The notes under the pieces are model-generated. The model saw only the letters and a list, made by a program, of their open reading frames with translations. It was not told where the DNA came from and made no database searches. A DNA stretch of 64,000 bases, taken from Blepharisma stoltei ATCC 30299 (taxonomy: Eukaryota; Protista; Ciliophora). This document shows, in pieces, positions 12,479 through 24,153 of the stretch; positions within the stretch are counted from its first letter, which is position 1; every line of letters starts with the position of its first letter. The stretch spans positions 372,001-436,000 of the forward strand of contig CBFDEM010000028.1 of assembly GCA_965603825.1 (NCBI GenBank), in the 5' to 3' direction. Made by a program: the position numbers and the translations under genes.

Positions 12479-14893
12479 ATGTACTTAACTGCACACCAAG
12501 GCTCGCCATCAAGCGATATGCAATCTGCAGTTTCGCAAGACCTGGAAAACGCAATGAAAAGTGGGGAGATTTTCGAAACCTTCCCATTAGACAATCAATC
12601 AATTTTTGATATCCCAATAAGTTCTTCGAGCAAAAGCTCATTTACTGTAATTCTGAATAGAATACTTGACTCTCACGTTTATTCGATAGTCATGTCTTTG
12701 ATTACCATTTGGGCTTTATTTTCTGACGACATTCGGGTATCAGCTTGCACTAAAAGCGCTGACAACTATTTTTACGGGGTCAGCACAGCCATTTTCAGCT
12801 ATTTTTCGCTAGATCTAATACTGAATTCAATAGCAAAAAAAGACTATAGGTTCGCGTTTTATTTTTGGCTTGATCTCCTGTCAACCCTTTCAGTTCTTCC
12901 TGATATCGGGTGGATTTGGAACCCAATGCTCGGCATTGATTCAAGCTCAGACGACGGCCAATCAAAAGTAAAATATACCAAATCAGTCAACCAAGGCAAC
13001 CAAGCTTCTCGTATAGTCAGAATTGTTAGGTTGATCAGATTAATCAGAATTGTCAAGCTGTACAAGAACGCAAGAATTGCAATGATTGAAGAAGAAGATG
13101 GAACAGTCCATACTGAAACTGACATGATCCCGAGAGAGAGCAGAGTAGGAAAAAAGTTATCTGAGTTGACAATGAAGAGAGTCATCATTTTGGTGCTGAT
13201 TTTAATTACCTTTATCCCACTCTTCAGCTTGGATTTCTACATCACACCAAAGCGAAGCTGGGGGTTTGGACTGGATACTATTGAAGACTTTTTTGGTCAG
13301 GATGGCTTTGAAAATGTAAGAGACGAATATATTGACTACCATAAAGATGATCTTCGGCCCCTCATATACTTGACGTATACATATGGGACTGATAACTACA
13401 CTTGGACATGCGATACCCACCCAGATGATCTCAGGGACACAGAAAAATATGTTGTAACTGACACCCACTCACTAGCGATAATTGATCTTAGATTTGATAC
13501 TCACTTAGACTCTGAGTTGAACATCTGCAAAACCATTTTCGTCTGCATTGTCTTGCTCTTTGGAGCTTTTACATTCACAAAGGATGCTGAGGATTTGGTA
13601 GTTTTCCCAATAGAAAGCATGATTAGAAAAATAAAAAAAATTGCAAGAAATCCTTTGAATGCAGGAATGCAGAGTTCTGAAAACCGTTCTGAATCCAGTT
13701 TAGACAAAGCGAAAAAAAAGTTTCTGTGCTTCAATCGAAAAACAGTGAAAGCTGAGTATGAAACAACTTTGCTAGAAAACACTATCATCAAAATTGGAGC
13801 ATTGCTGGCACTTGGCTTTGGAGAAGCGGGCTCAAAAATAATAGCTACAAATATGGAAAAAGGAGGAGATGTAGACCCTGTATTGCAAGGAAGCAAAGTT
13901 GCAGCAATATATGGGTTTTGCGATATAAGGAATTTTACTGATACCACTGAAGAACTGCAAGAAAGTGTTATGGTTTTTGTCAATGAAATTGCTTATTTAG
14001 TTCATACAGTTACCCATCAGCTAATGGGAGCTGCTAACAAAAATATCGGAGATGCCTTTTTGATTGTCTGGAAATTTGGAGAAGAGGATGTGATCGAAAT
14101 CAATGATCCATTAGTGTTAAATAAAAATTCAAAAAAAGCGACTTATTTAGCAGATTTGGCTCTGCTCAGCTTTTTAAAAATTATTGCAAAGATAAATAAA
14201 GACCCAAGAATTCTCAAGTACAGAACGCACAGCAAGTTAATTAAAAGAATGCCAAATTATGCAGTAAAAATGGGTTTTGGCTTGCATGCTGGCTGGTCAA
14301 TTGAAGGAGCTATAGGCTCAGAATTCAAAATAGATGCTAGTTATCTTTCTCCTCATGTAAATATGTCTGGGAGGTTGGAAGAGACCACTAAAATCTATGG
14401 TGTTCCTTTACTCCTCAGTGGAGCATTTTTTGACATTTTAAGCTCTAGGGTGCAAGAATACTGCAGACATCTGGACACTATCATGATTAAGGGTCATAAT
14501 AGTCCGTTGAGACTTTATACAAGTGATGCTGATCCTACAAATATTACGCCTGGAGATGGACTTGACAAGAATAAAGAACAAACAAATAGGCTCCGTAAAG
14601 CCCTTAAAGGAAAACTGGAAAGAGGGCAAATTGAATCATGGGAGCTGTTTGAAGATTCCAGGGAGATTTATTCATTAAAAGAGGCTTTCACTGTGGATTT
14701 CTATGAAAACTACAGAAAAGGAATGATTGCATATACAGAAGGTAGCTGACAAGAAGCGAAAAGTTATTTTGAAAGTGCATTAAGGATAAAACCAAATGAT
14801 GGGCCAACAATGACCTTAATGTCAGTCTTAAAAGAAAATAATTTCGAAGCACCCACGGATTGGGAGGGATATCGAGAATTGAATGAAAAATAA
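12479..14893 (+). CDS. Alveolate-type ion-channel/adenylyl cyclase fusion (6TM + class III AC + TPR-like tail)
   Basis: S4-like RIVRIVRLIRLIRIVKLYK; pore-like ALGFGEAG; GFCDIRNFT, NKNIGDAF, KIDASYLSPHVNMSGRLE; TGA 14747 read-through gives the tail ..DWEGYRELNEK-TAA. Confidence 0.92.
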
Positions 14894-15424
14894 TTGAAAA
14901 TAATTAGAATTAGCATTAAGCTTTTGTTTCATTTATTTAAGCAAATATTTTGATATAAATCTTATAAATAATCTATGAAATTGGCAAAATAAAACTTATC
15001 TTATTCTAGGAAAAGTGAGAATTATTTGCTACAAATTCAATCTCTTAAGTCAAACCACTAATAATAATAATATTTTAATAATTAATAATTGCCATGCTGA
15101 ATCTTAAGTACTTCTCTAAAGAATATCTACTTGCTCCTTCAAAGATTGGCTTCTTGTATTTTGGGCTTTTATTTATTGCTGATATTACAGCCTATATGAT
15201 TATTGATTCAATAAAGTGCAATCCATTGAAATTCAGAGTGTATTGAGATGCAGATCTTAGTTATTTCCCAAAGGGTCTTATAGCGAAAAGAACTAGAGAA
15301 GACAATGAACAATAATTAATTTATTTATCTTTTTAAGCTTTCTCTTATAATAAAACTAGGATTCTTTTATGGGATTTCACTAGGAAGTCAACTTGCATAA
15401 TTTATTCATAAATTTAAAATAATC

Positions 15425-16180
15425 ATGAATGCAAAAACAAGAGTCAGCGTGCATATCAATCCTCAATCTCCGTACTTAAAAAAAGTCTCAAATGCAATAA
15501 ATTCAAACTCTCAATTAAGCAGCCACAAAAATAGGTTTATTATCAAAAAATCAGGGATTCTTAATGGAAGCTTCAATCATGCTCAGCCTGAAAAATCAGC
15601 AAAACCTCCTTTATCTCCTACTTCAGTCAATCCAAAAATCAGCCTTCCATTTGAAATAAGACCTCTTATTAAAAACGCAGCCTTTATTAAGCCTAAAGAA
15701 ACTGAAGAAAACTCAATGCTTCAGTTTACAAATGATAAAGAAAATATATTTTGCATGCCTTATGAACTCACTGAGCAAAAGAAGCCAATCCATAAAAGAA
15801 GAGTTGAAATCAAAATAATTCCAAAGCATCGGCCAAGCACAAGACCACTGTCTGATATTTGTTTAAGAAATGAATGCAATGTGATGACTGAGCCAAGCTT
15901 CCAAAGCGAAGCAAGCTCGTTTTCGCCAGACTCCAACCACAGCGTGATTATGCAAAACACATCAATTCCCCCTAGAAGCCAAAGATTTTATGATCTTTCA
16001 AAGAAATTCAAAATAAACCGAGATCATCTAACCCTGCAGCTTTCTAAACAGTCTAAAAGAACTCTATCACAGTGCCCCTCACTTGAAAAAGTGATCGGAA
16101 GCAGCAGAGCATTCACTCCAGACATTGGAAATTTGCCTCCTTGGGAAGAATTTTTGCATGCTCTTGATGAAATATCTTAG
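15425..16180 (+). CDS. Hypothetical low-complexity basic protein
   Basis: 251-aa ATG..TAG ORF. Confidence 0.6.
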   Translation: MNAKTRVSVHINPQSPYLKKVSNAINSNSQLSSHKNRFIIKKSGILNGSFNHAQPEKSAKPPLSPTSVNPKISLPFEIRPLIKNAAFIKPKETEENSMLQFTNDKENIFCMPYELTEQKKPIHKRRVEIKIIPKHRPSTRPLSDICLRNECNVMTEPSFQSEASSFSPDSNHSVIMQNTSIPPRSQRFYDLSKKFKINRDHLTLQLSKQSKRTLSQCPSLEKVIGSSRAFTPDIGNLPPWEEFLHALDEIS

Positions 16181-16209
16181 AATTTAATTTATTTAATTTT
16201 TGAATTATA

Positions 16210-16551
16210 ATGGCAAATTTGAAAATCCCTGGCAACCAGTCAGAAGAAGAACACACTCTAGATAATCAAGAATTAGGCTCACCATCATTTTTCTTTGAAT
16301 CTCCTATTCAATTCGCTTCCAAATCAAACCTTAGCTACAGTCCCTCAAACGATTTTCTTTCATCTGTCACATCTCCAAAAACACAGGATCTTCCTTTGAC
16401 TACTGAACTGATGGCGAAGCAACTCCATGAAGCAATTAACCAACACAAAGTTGCTTTCAGTAGAAAATGTGATAAAATCAAGCAAGAAATTCAATCGCTT
16501 TTATCTGAAGATGGAAAAGAAAATATTTTTCGAGCTCCTGAAAAGGACTAA
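16210..16551 (+). CDS. Hypothetical protein
   Basis: 113-aa ATG..TAA ORF after AT-rich spacer. Confidence 0.5.
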   Translation: MANLKIPGNQSEEEHTLDNQELGSPSFFFESPIQFASKSNLSYSPSNDFLSSVTSPKTQDLPLTTELMAKQLHEAINQHKVAFSRKCDKIKQEIQSLLSEDGKENIFRAPEKD

Positions 16552-16986
16552 TAAATTAAATAGTTTTGAATCCAAACTGTGTTTAGGTGCAGTCTTTTTC
16601 TTTTTAAAATGATATTTTTTGACTATTTTAATAAAATCTACTAGGCTCTTCATGTGGCTAATTACTGAGCCCTCCTGAAATTTAGGTGCTAAATAAATAA
16701 AAGCACAAGCAATAGCATATTATATAATATTTTAGGGAGATAAAATTGCTAATTAATTTATTTAAAAGCAGAAATAGATTTCACGCAAGAGATATTTTTA
16801 AAATAAATTTTATTTTTAAATCATAAGCTTCCATTATTTTAATTTCAACAAAATCAATTCTAGAAAGCGCAGAACTCGCTAGGTAGCACTTATAATGCTT
16901 ATCCCTCGTGCACTAGAAAGTACGTATTTTAATAAGTATCTTTAATAGCTGAAATATTGAATGTTTGCCATTATTATCATATAATT

Positions 16987-17260
16987 ATGCTTCGCATACC
17001 AAGAGCTATTGGAGTACTTACCAAGGCACCATTTCGAGCTTATGGAGGAGAAGTTCCACGTAACTTTAAATTTAGATGAACTATCAGACCACGCTGAACA
17101 TCATGGACACCATCACGCTGCACCTTCCAAAGAATTGGTAATTGTTATCTAGTTAGATGGAATTGAAGAACTAAAGAAGTTTCTAGCGACCTTGCCTCCT
17201 CGTAACTACGACCCTGTAGTCAACGAGTACTTAGAACGCTGCAAGAAGGGGATCCTCTAA
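16987..17260 (+). CDS. 80-aa putative mitochondrial microprotein with two tiny introns (absent from ORF track)
   Basis: Spliced: MLRIPRAIGVLTKAPFRAYGGEVPHELSDHAEHHGHHHAAPSKELLDGIEELKKFLATLPPRNYDPVVNEYLERCKKGIL. Confidence 0.75.
17060..17075 (+). other. 16-nt intron
   Basis: GTAACTTTAAATTTAG. Confidence 0.75.
17138..17152 (+). other. 15-nt intron
   Basis: GTAATTGTTATCTAG. Confidence 0.75.
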
Positions 17261-17306
17261 ACTAACTTCTTTGATTAAGATTAATCAACTAATTTCCTTT
17301 AAAATA

Positions 17307-20300
17307 TTAACTTCCTTGCGTAAAATTGCGCTGGAAAAAGAAACTCGGGTCTGTAAGCTGCGGAGCGTGGCCTGCTTCCCCAGAGAAGGCAAAGCCTGTG
17401 TGTCTTCTTCTCAATTGATACAAAGCTTGCTGGGCAGTCTCCATCTCATCTGGAGGAAGCGCTTCTGGGACTTGGTCAGATTCTTCTGAAGAAACTGAGG
17501 ACTCTTCATCAGTAGCGTGAGCAACAGCTTCTAATGGCTTAGACTTGGCGAGATCTCTGAGCACTTTGAATCTTCGGATGATAGGCTGAATAAAGAAGCC
17601 TCCATATATTAGTACAACTATTGAAATATATGTGTTTGGGTTTACTATAAGTTTGTTTAAACTTCCTTTTCCTTCATAGTTATCTAGCCAGCTCAACATT
17701 GGCAGAATCTCGGTGATGAAAGCTGCAGACAAGACAAAACAAAGCACACTAATGAAAATTACAGAGAGGCTGAACCAGAAATGGGAGTAACTGAATAGGA
17801 TGACTTTTATGTTGGCGTATAACACGACCATACCATAAACTAGCACTGAAGCTGTCCACATTCCGCTGATTAGGCCTGTTTCTTTCAGTCCTGATACATA
17901 GCAAATTGCCCACACACAAACACCTACGATAATTGCTGATTGTAAGACTGCTTCTAGTATCCAAGCCCAGAAGACGTCTGTGCTGAATAATTCACCTTTC
18001 AGGCCTATTTTATAGTACTTTGGCTCTGACTCCAGAACTTCATAAGGGATTTCTCGATCAAACATAGCGTAAATGCAAATGGGCATGGCTGTGAAAATCA
18101 TGTTATAGAGCTGGTAAAGCCAAGTGTTATAGAATGGTTGGCCTGAAAAGGCTGAAAATATCCCATAAAAGAACAGTGGCATAACTAGGAGCACATTTTT
18201 GTAGAAGTTGTAGCAAATCAGTGTTGAGTTTTTTCTGTACGACTCTCGGCCATGGACAAACATAAGTCTCTGTAAATAACAAAACTGCCCAATAGAATAG
18301 TCTGAAGCCCTAACAGCTTGAGCTCCTTCTAGCCCAGCGATCCCAATTCCTACATGAGCAGCAGTGATCATATTAACATCATTTGCTCCATCGCCAATGC
18401 TAAGAGTTTTTGCTCCTTTCTTGTTGTCTTTAATTAATTTTACAATGTCTGCTTTTTGCTGTGGAGTTACTCTGCAAGCCAAAACAACATTACAAAAATC
18501 GGTAACTTTTAAGAGGAGTGTTTTATTGTCCCCTCTCATTGCTTTAAATAAGGATTCTCCAGTTATAACCAAGGCGAACTTTACATTTGGCTCTGCTTGG
18601 TGTGCCTTAATCCCTTGGTTCAGCTCTGCAGTAACATCTTCAGTATGCGAGCCTTGCACAATAATTCTGACCATATCACTGGTTAATAAGTTGCAGGAAA
18701 ATCCAATATTGATTGCAGTCTCCATCTTGTCTCCAGTCAAAACCCAGACTTTAACACCTGCATTTCTCAGTTTCTGAATTGTTTCAGGAACTTTATCTTG
18801 GAGCTTGTCCTCTATTGCTGTAGCGCCCAATAAGGATAAATTAGTCTCTATTAATTCTCCGACTTCTCCTATTCTTTGTTCTCTATTTAATATATCCTGC
18901 ATCGCTTCTACAAATTTTGCGTTCCATTCTTGGTATTCGCTTTCAGTCAAGTCTCTGGAAGCCAACACCAAGGTCCTCAGCCCTTCATTTGCGTAGTCTT
19001 CCAAGTTTTGCCAAGTTTTATCGATTACATCAGAATTCACAAGTTTTGGCTTTAAAATTGTATCAGCACCTTTGCAGAAGATTTTTATTTTACCGTTGGG
19101 AAGTCTAACTACAACTGACATGCGCTTTCTGTCACTGGTGAACTCAAGGACGTTGAGAATTTGGATTTTTATGATGTCCTCTTGGATTCTCACCATTGCG
19201 TTTAAGTTGCTATCTCTGCCAATGAATTCATAACCAAAAAACTTTGCACAGTTCACAAGAGCCAGCTCATCAGGCGAGCTAGCTTTATATATGATTTTCC
19301 CTTCTTTTTCTTCTGTGATGATTGTGTGGCAGGTGGCTAAGAGGATCATGACATCAATAGCATGCTCTTCTCTTGGGTCAAACCTCGAGTCGACAAAATC
19401 TACATGAGGGATTTTCCCAGGCCCTGTGAAACGATCTTCAGTTCCATATGAGATCCCGTTTATCGAAATTTTTCGAAACTCCATGATGTTGCAAGTCAAA
19501 GTTCCTGTTTTATCTGAAAAGACATAGCTGATTTGCCCTAGCTCTTCGTTGAGATTTGAGCTCTGAACTCCAGCTGAAATATCATTGGGCTCGTAATACA
19601 ATTTTAAATCCCACGCAATAAATACAGCCTGAAGATATTTAACCATTTCTAACGTCACTATCAAAGAAATAGGCACAAAGTTAGTAAAAATAAGCATCCA
19701 AGTGAAGAATTGAATCACAAAGGCTACCAGAGGATCATTATTCTGATAATCCAAATCCAAATACATATAAGTCTGATCTTTGTTCTCTTTGAACCATATT
19801 GCATAATACGCAGCACATCCTGAACAAAGAGCAAGTTGCATTAGAAAAATAAAAACAATCTGTCTATTCATCTGAAGCTCTAGGCTAGAAAACTTTTTCC
19901 TTGACTTTGAAGAATTCAGCATAATTTTTGACTCATGCCCAGTGTAGACTACAAGTCCAGTGATCCATTCTGTATTCTTTAACGAGCTTCCTCTCAGCAA
20001 AAATTGTTCGTTACCAACCGGCACAGTTGAGTTCCCAATTTGTATGAGCCCATTAAATACATAAATCGCAGGATTTGGGTCTTCACATCTCAGCTGGCTC
20101 TGAAAAGCATCATAGTTTGCAGGATTTTGAAACATTTCGTGAGATTCTTTATGGGCAAGCTTATGTTTCAAATTAGTTTCTCCATCAAGATTTTTCGTTT
20201 CAATATAACATATGCCCTTTACATCGCTAGAAGAGAGTAATAAAATATCTGCAGGGAAAAACTCGTCTTTGTTTACCTTGACAATATCTCCGACCTTTAT

Positions 20301-20720
20301 ATTTTGCCACCTGACGCTTACCCATTCTCCTTCATGTCTTTTGAGAGTGTATCTCATGTTTTCTTCTTTATCTGATCGTCGTCTTTTTAAATCTTCTAAT
20401 AAATCTTTGACTGCACTAACAGAGAGCACCAGGGTTAAGGGCATTAAGATATTTGGGACTCCACCTGATATAGAGATTTGAGGAATAGACTGGAGAATGG
20501 CTACAATTATGAAATAGATGTTTGCAAGTTTCTTGAATTGTTCTCATAAATTTTTGGGTAAGAAAGTTATGCAATTATACTTGCATGTACTGATTTTATT
20601 TGGCTTGTAATGGTTTGGTTCTGGCACTGGAACTTTAAATACTCTTTGGGTGGTTACTATAGCTGAGGTTCTGCGCTGAAGTCTTTGGTTGTCACGCTCT
20701 TCTAATAGAGGGTCATTCAT
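17307..20720 (-). CDS. P4-type ATPase (phospholipid flippase)
   Basis: DGETNLK, PISL, DKTGTLT, SSPDELAL, GDGANDV; 5' extension via TGA=Trp (STCKYN..FLPKNLWEQF) to ATG 20720. Confidence 0.95.
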
Positions 20721-21425
20721 ATTATAAAATAAATAAGTAAAAATTACTGATAAAATTGAAAATTTTGATATTGTGTTAATTTAATAAACTCCGAGGAATT
20801 ATTATGATATTTTAACGTTGAATTCTAAGTTTATTTATTGAAATTAGAAATTAAAAGAAATCAAAAGTGTCTTTAATTTTGAGCCTGTGTCTACAATCAA
20901 ACCAATATTTTATAATAAAATAGTGGATCTCTATTACCAATAAATTAGAGGTTTTTTTGAAATTATAAAATGACATTTTAACCATTTTATAATATTTTTG
21001 AATTTATACACTAACTTTCACATTTTAAATAACAGCAAAATGAGATAAATTCTTAGCATCCTTAATGTAGACATAATAATTTTAAATTCTTCTAATTAAT
21101 TTTTATAATCTAAAAAATGCTATTTTATATATCGGCTTTACCTTTAACGCTTGCTTTTCTAAATTTATATTTAAAAAATTTAAATTAGTTATGAACTTTC
21201 AGATAAATAACTATGAGAAAAAATGGATGCCCTAAAATTAATATAAATCCATTACCTGAAGAAATCTCTTAAACATTTGCTCATTTGATTTAATATTTAA
21301 TAGTTTCATATTTAAAAGCATTTAAAGGTTTACAAATAAGCATTGATTTCAGGCTTCTTATAAACATAGTGCACAAGTGAATTTAATTAACAACGGGGGG
21401 TTATTTCGTAAAAACATAAATTAAA

Positions 21426-21854
21426 ATGTCAATAAGGACAAAGGCAGCTGATAGAAAAGAACCAGAAGTGATTCTAAGCAGCAAAGAGGTATCAGGAAGC
21501 AAACTCTACCAAGTGAAATGGAAAGGACTACCAGAAGAAGACTGCACATGGGAACCAAAAAGCCACCTACAAAATTTCTGGGAACTTATTGAAGATTATG
21601 AAGCTAAAAAGCCGAAACCAATTAAAAAGTCAAGTGTGAGGAGGAAAGGAAGCTTTACAATGGATGATGAGCCAAAAAGTGTAACTCAGATTATATATAA
21701 CCCAGAAACAAATCAAATTCTTGGAGAAGTTGAATGAAAATCTGGAGAACTGTTAAACACAGTTTATCCCTTAGAAGTTCTACACGAAAACTGTCCAATC
21801 TTGATGTGTGAGCTTTATTATTCGTACTTAAAATTCACATACAAACCTGCATAA
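21426..21854 (+). CDS. HP1-like protein A (chromodomain + chromo-shadow-like domain)
   Basis: YQVKWKG..TWEP; after TGA=Trp: GEVEWKSG..YPLEVLHENCPILMCELYYSYL; 142 aa. Confidence 0.85.
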
Positions 21855-22186
21855 TCAATGTTTAATTTAGCTAAATGAATTTTAGGTCCTAAAGCTTTGG
21901 ATAGTAGCATCTTAACTTGATGATTATTATCTTATTAATTTTGCCTAATCAATAAATTGCGTTTTGACTTTATAAGAAAGCCTATATCGTCGATGTAAAA
22001 TTAATTAATATTTGGAACTTTAAGTTAATAAAATCTGCAAAAATCTTTGCTTTAGCTTTTTAAAGAGCTAAAATCTAAAAGATTTAGAAGGCTGGTATCT
22101 TCATTTAAATTTATATTTATTTCGGGATTTATGCTAAATAATAAGATACATAATTGTAGATTTCTTGAGATTTAATTAATTTAGAA

Positions 22187-23272
22187 ATGTCAGATTATAT
22201 TTACTGGGAAAGGCAAAGTTTCAACTTATTATGTGGGGTGCATGCCTTAAATTCTTTATTGCAGGGCCCTTACTTTACAAAAAAGAAATTAGATAAAATA
22301 TCTAAAGAACTGGATAATGAAGAAAAAGCGCTTTTTGAGTCCTATAACACCTCTGAAAATTTTGACGAGACTGGCTTCTATTCTATACAGGTTATGTCTA
22401 AGGCATTGCTTTCCAAAGGTTTTGACTGCAGCCATTATACAACAAAGCAATTCGAGAAATGAGATGAACAGTAATTTCTAATAAGAAATGAATCTGCTTT
22501 TCTATTGCATGTAGGGCTTCATTGAATAGCAGTCAGAAAAATAGGAGTGTATTGATATGTACTTAACAGCCTTAGACCTCTTGGGCCTCAAGCTCTTTCA
22601 GAGACTGGATTACAAGAGAATATTAGAAGCACTCTTAAAAATCAAAGTTATTGTTGATTTCTCGTGTCTGGTGAGTTCAAAAATTATAATTTCAGCAAAT
22701 ATTCATTTAAGAGAGGACAGTTTTTAATACCTGCTCAAGAAATTTTAAGGCAGAACCATACGAATGCATATGCATATAATCCTGCACATGCATATACATA
22801 TAGTCCTACACATACATGAGATTCAGCAAGCCAACAGTCTTATATATTGAATATGCTCATGAATGGCAATCAGTCTGGTGAATTTGAATTTGGTTTTTCT
22901 CCCGAGAGTATGGTTAGGACTAAAAATGAAAGTTTAATCGCTCAAAGAGAAAATCTTAATGAAAAGAGTCCTCATAAATCCAAAAGAAAGCATATAAATC
23001 ATAAAAAACAAGAAGATCAGAAAAATAATGATAGCTTGGATGATGAGGATATCAATATAAGACTTTGTCTGCCAAATTTAGAATTTATTTCTCAGCGGTT
23101 TAAATCAAGTAACACTTTGAATGATATTTTGAAATGGGCAATGAAAGAAAGCTCATACAAAAATTTAAAATTATTTTTAGACTACCCGAAAAGAGTCTTT
23201 AAAGACACAAACTCAAAAATCAAAGATGCAGGAATTTCATCAAAATGCAATGTAATTTATTCAGAAAGCTAA
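22187..23272 (+). CDS. Josephin (ataxin-3-like) deubiquitinase with C-terminal UBX-like domain
   Basis: IYWERQ..LCGVHALNSLLQGPYF; after intron 22471-22485 and TGA=Trp: HWIAVRKIGVYWYVLNSL (C/H/N triad); C-terminal INIRLCLP..QRF..TL..YPKRVF..DAGI. Confidence 0.85.
22471..22485 (+). other. 15-nt intron
   Basis: GTAATTTCTAATAAG. Confidence 0.85.
22766..22813 (+). repeat. Imperfect 24-bp tandem duplication in Josephin-UBX linker
   Basis: GCATATGCATATAATCCTGCACAT / GCATATACATATAGTCCTACACAT (AYAYNPAH / AYTYSPTH). Confidence 0.7.
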
Positions 23273-23448
23273 TAAATAAGAATTTTAAAATAACTATATG
23301 AGTTTACTCATTGAGTTATAAAATTTCATAGCTTTATCTCATAATAAGAGCCATATTTTAGTAGTTTTTAATTTTAAATCCAAAAAAATAACTTTATGTT
23401 AGTCAAATTAGTGAGCTAATATATTATATTAAATTAACAACTGAATGA

Positions 23449-23973
23449 TTATTTATGCATTTTCATCTCAAATTCAATCCTTGGTTTGTAGCTAAAAGAG
23501 ATATGCTTGTAATAATAATCACACATTAAATTTGGATACTTTTTATTGAGTTCCAAAATATTAAAATGTCCAGGTTTCTTTTCTTTATTTTTGTATATCA
23601 CTTCTCCATAAATTTCATTATCTGCCCCAATAAAAACATCTGAAATATGATCGATATCACTTTCTGATATATAGTTTTCAAGATTTTTCATCAAATCTGC
23701 AGGTTTTTGTTTTGCAGGCTCAGGCTTTTCTATTTTTTTGGCTTTATCAGTAGAGTTATGGTTTTTTTTCTTTATTGTGTTTCCTCTTATAAGTCCATTT
23801 TCAAAGTTTTCAATCATTTCTTTGCAAGATTCTAAGTGAGATACCGGCTCCCATGTATTTTCTTCGTAACCAAATCCTTTCCATTTGACTTGATATCGGA
23901 TACTTTTTCCACGTCCTCTCTTTGCAATGATCTTCTCTACTTCCCAATCTTCAATTATTGCTTCCTTCACCAT
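23449..23973 (-). CDS. HP1-like protein B (chromodomain + chromo-shadow-like domain)
   Basis: WEVEKIIAKR..YQVKWKGF..NTWEP; C-terminal YPNLMCDYYYKHISFSYKP resembles protein A. Confidence 0.88.
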   Translation of the reverse strand: MVKEAIIEDWEVEKIIAKRGRGKSIRYQVKWKGFGYEENTWEPVSHLESCKEMIENFENGLIRGNTIKKKNHNSTDKAKKIEKPEPAKQKPADLMKNLENYISESDIDHISDVFIGADNEIYGEVIYKNKEKKPGHFNILELNKKYPNLMCDYYYKHISFSYKPRIEFEMKMHK

Positions 23974-24153
23974 TTTAAATATAATTGAGTTTTTGCCCCT
24001 AAAATTTAACCCCCCTCTAAATTTTAAAATAAATAAGCAAAAGTCAATTTATAATAATGACTATAAATAAGTTGAGCCCCTAATAATAATATTTGACTGT
24101 AACAATTATGAAATAAAATTATTTAGATAAAGAAATTTTTAATAAAATCGTAT

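Noticed and set aside
18308-18315. CCCTAACA, a heterotrich telomere unit
   Set aside because: Single copy inside the P4-ATPase coding sequence; no tandem array.
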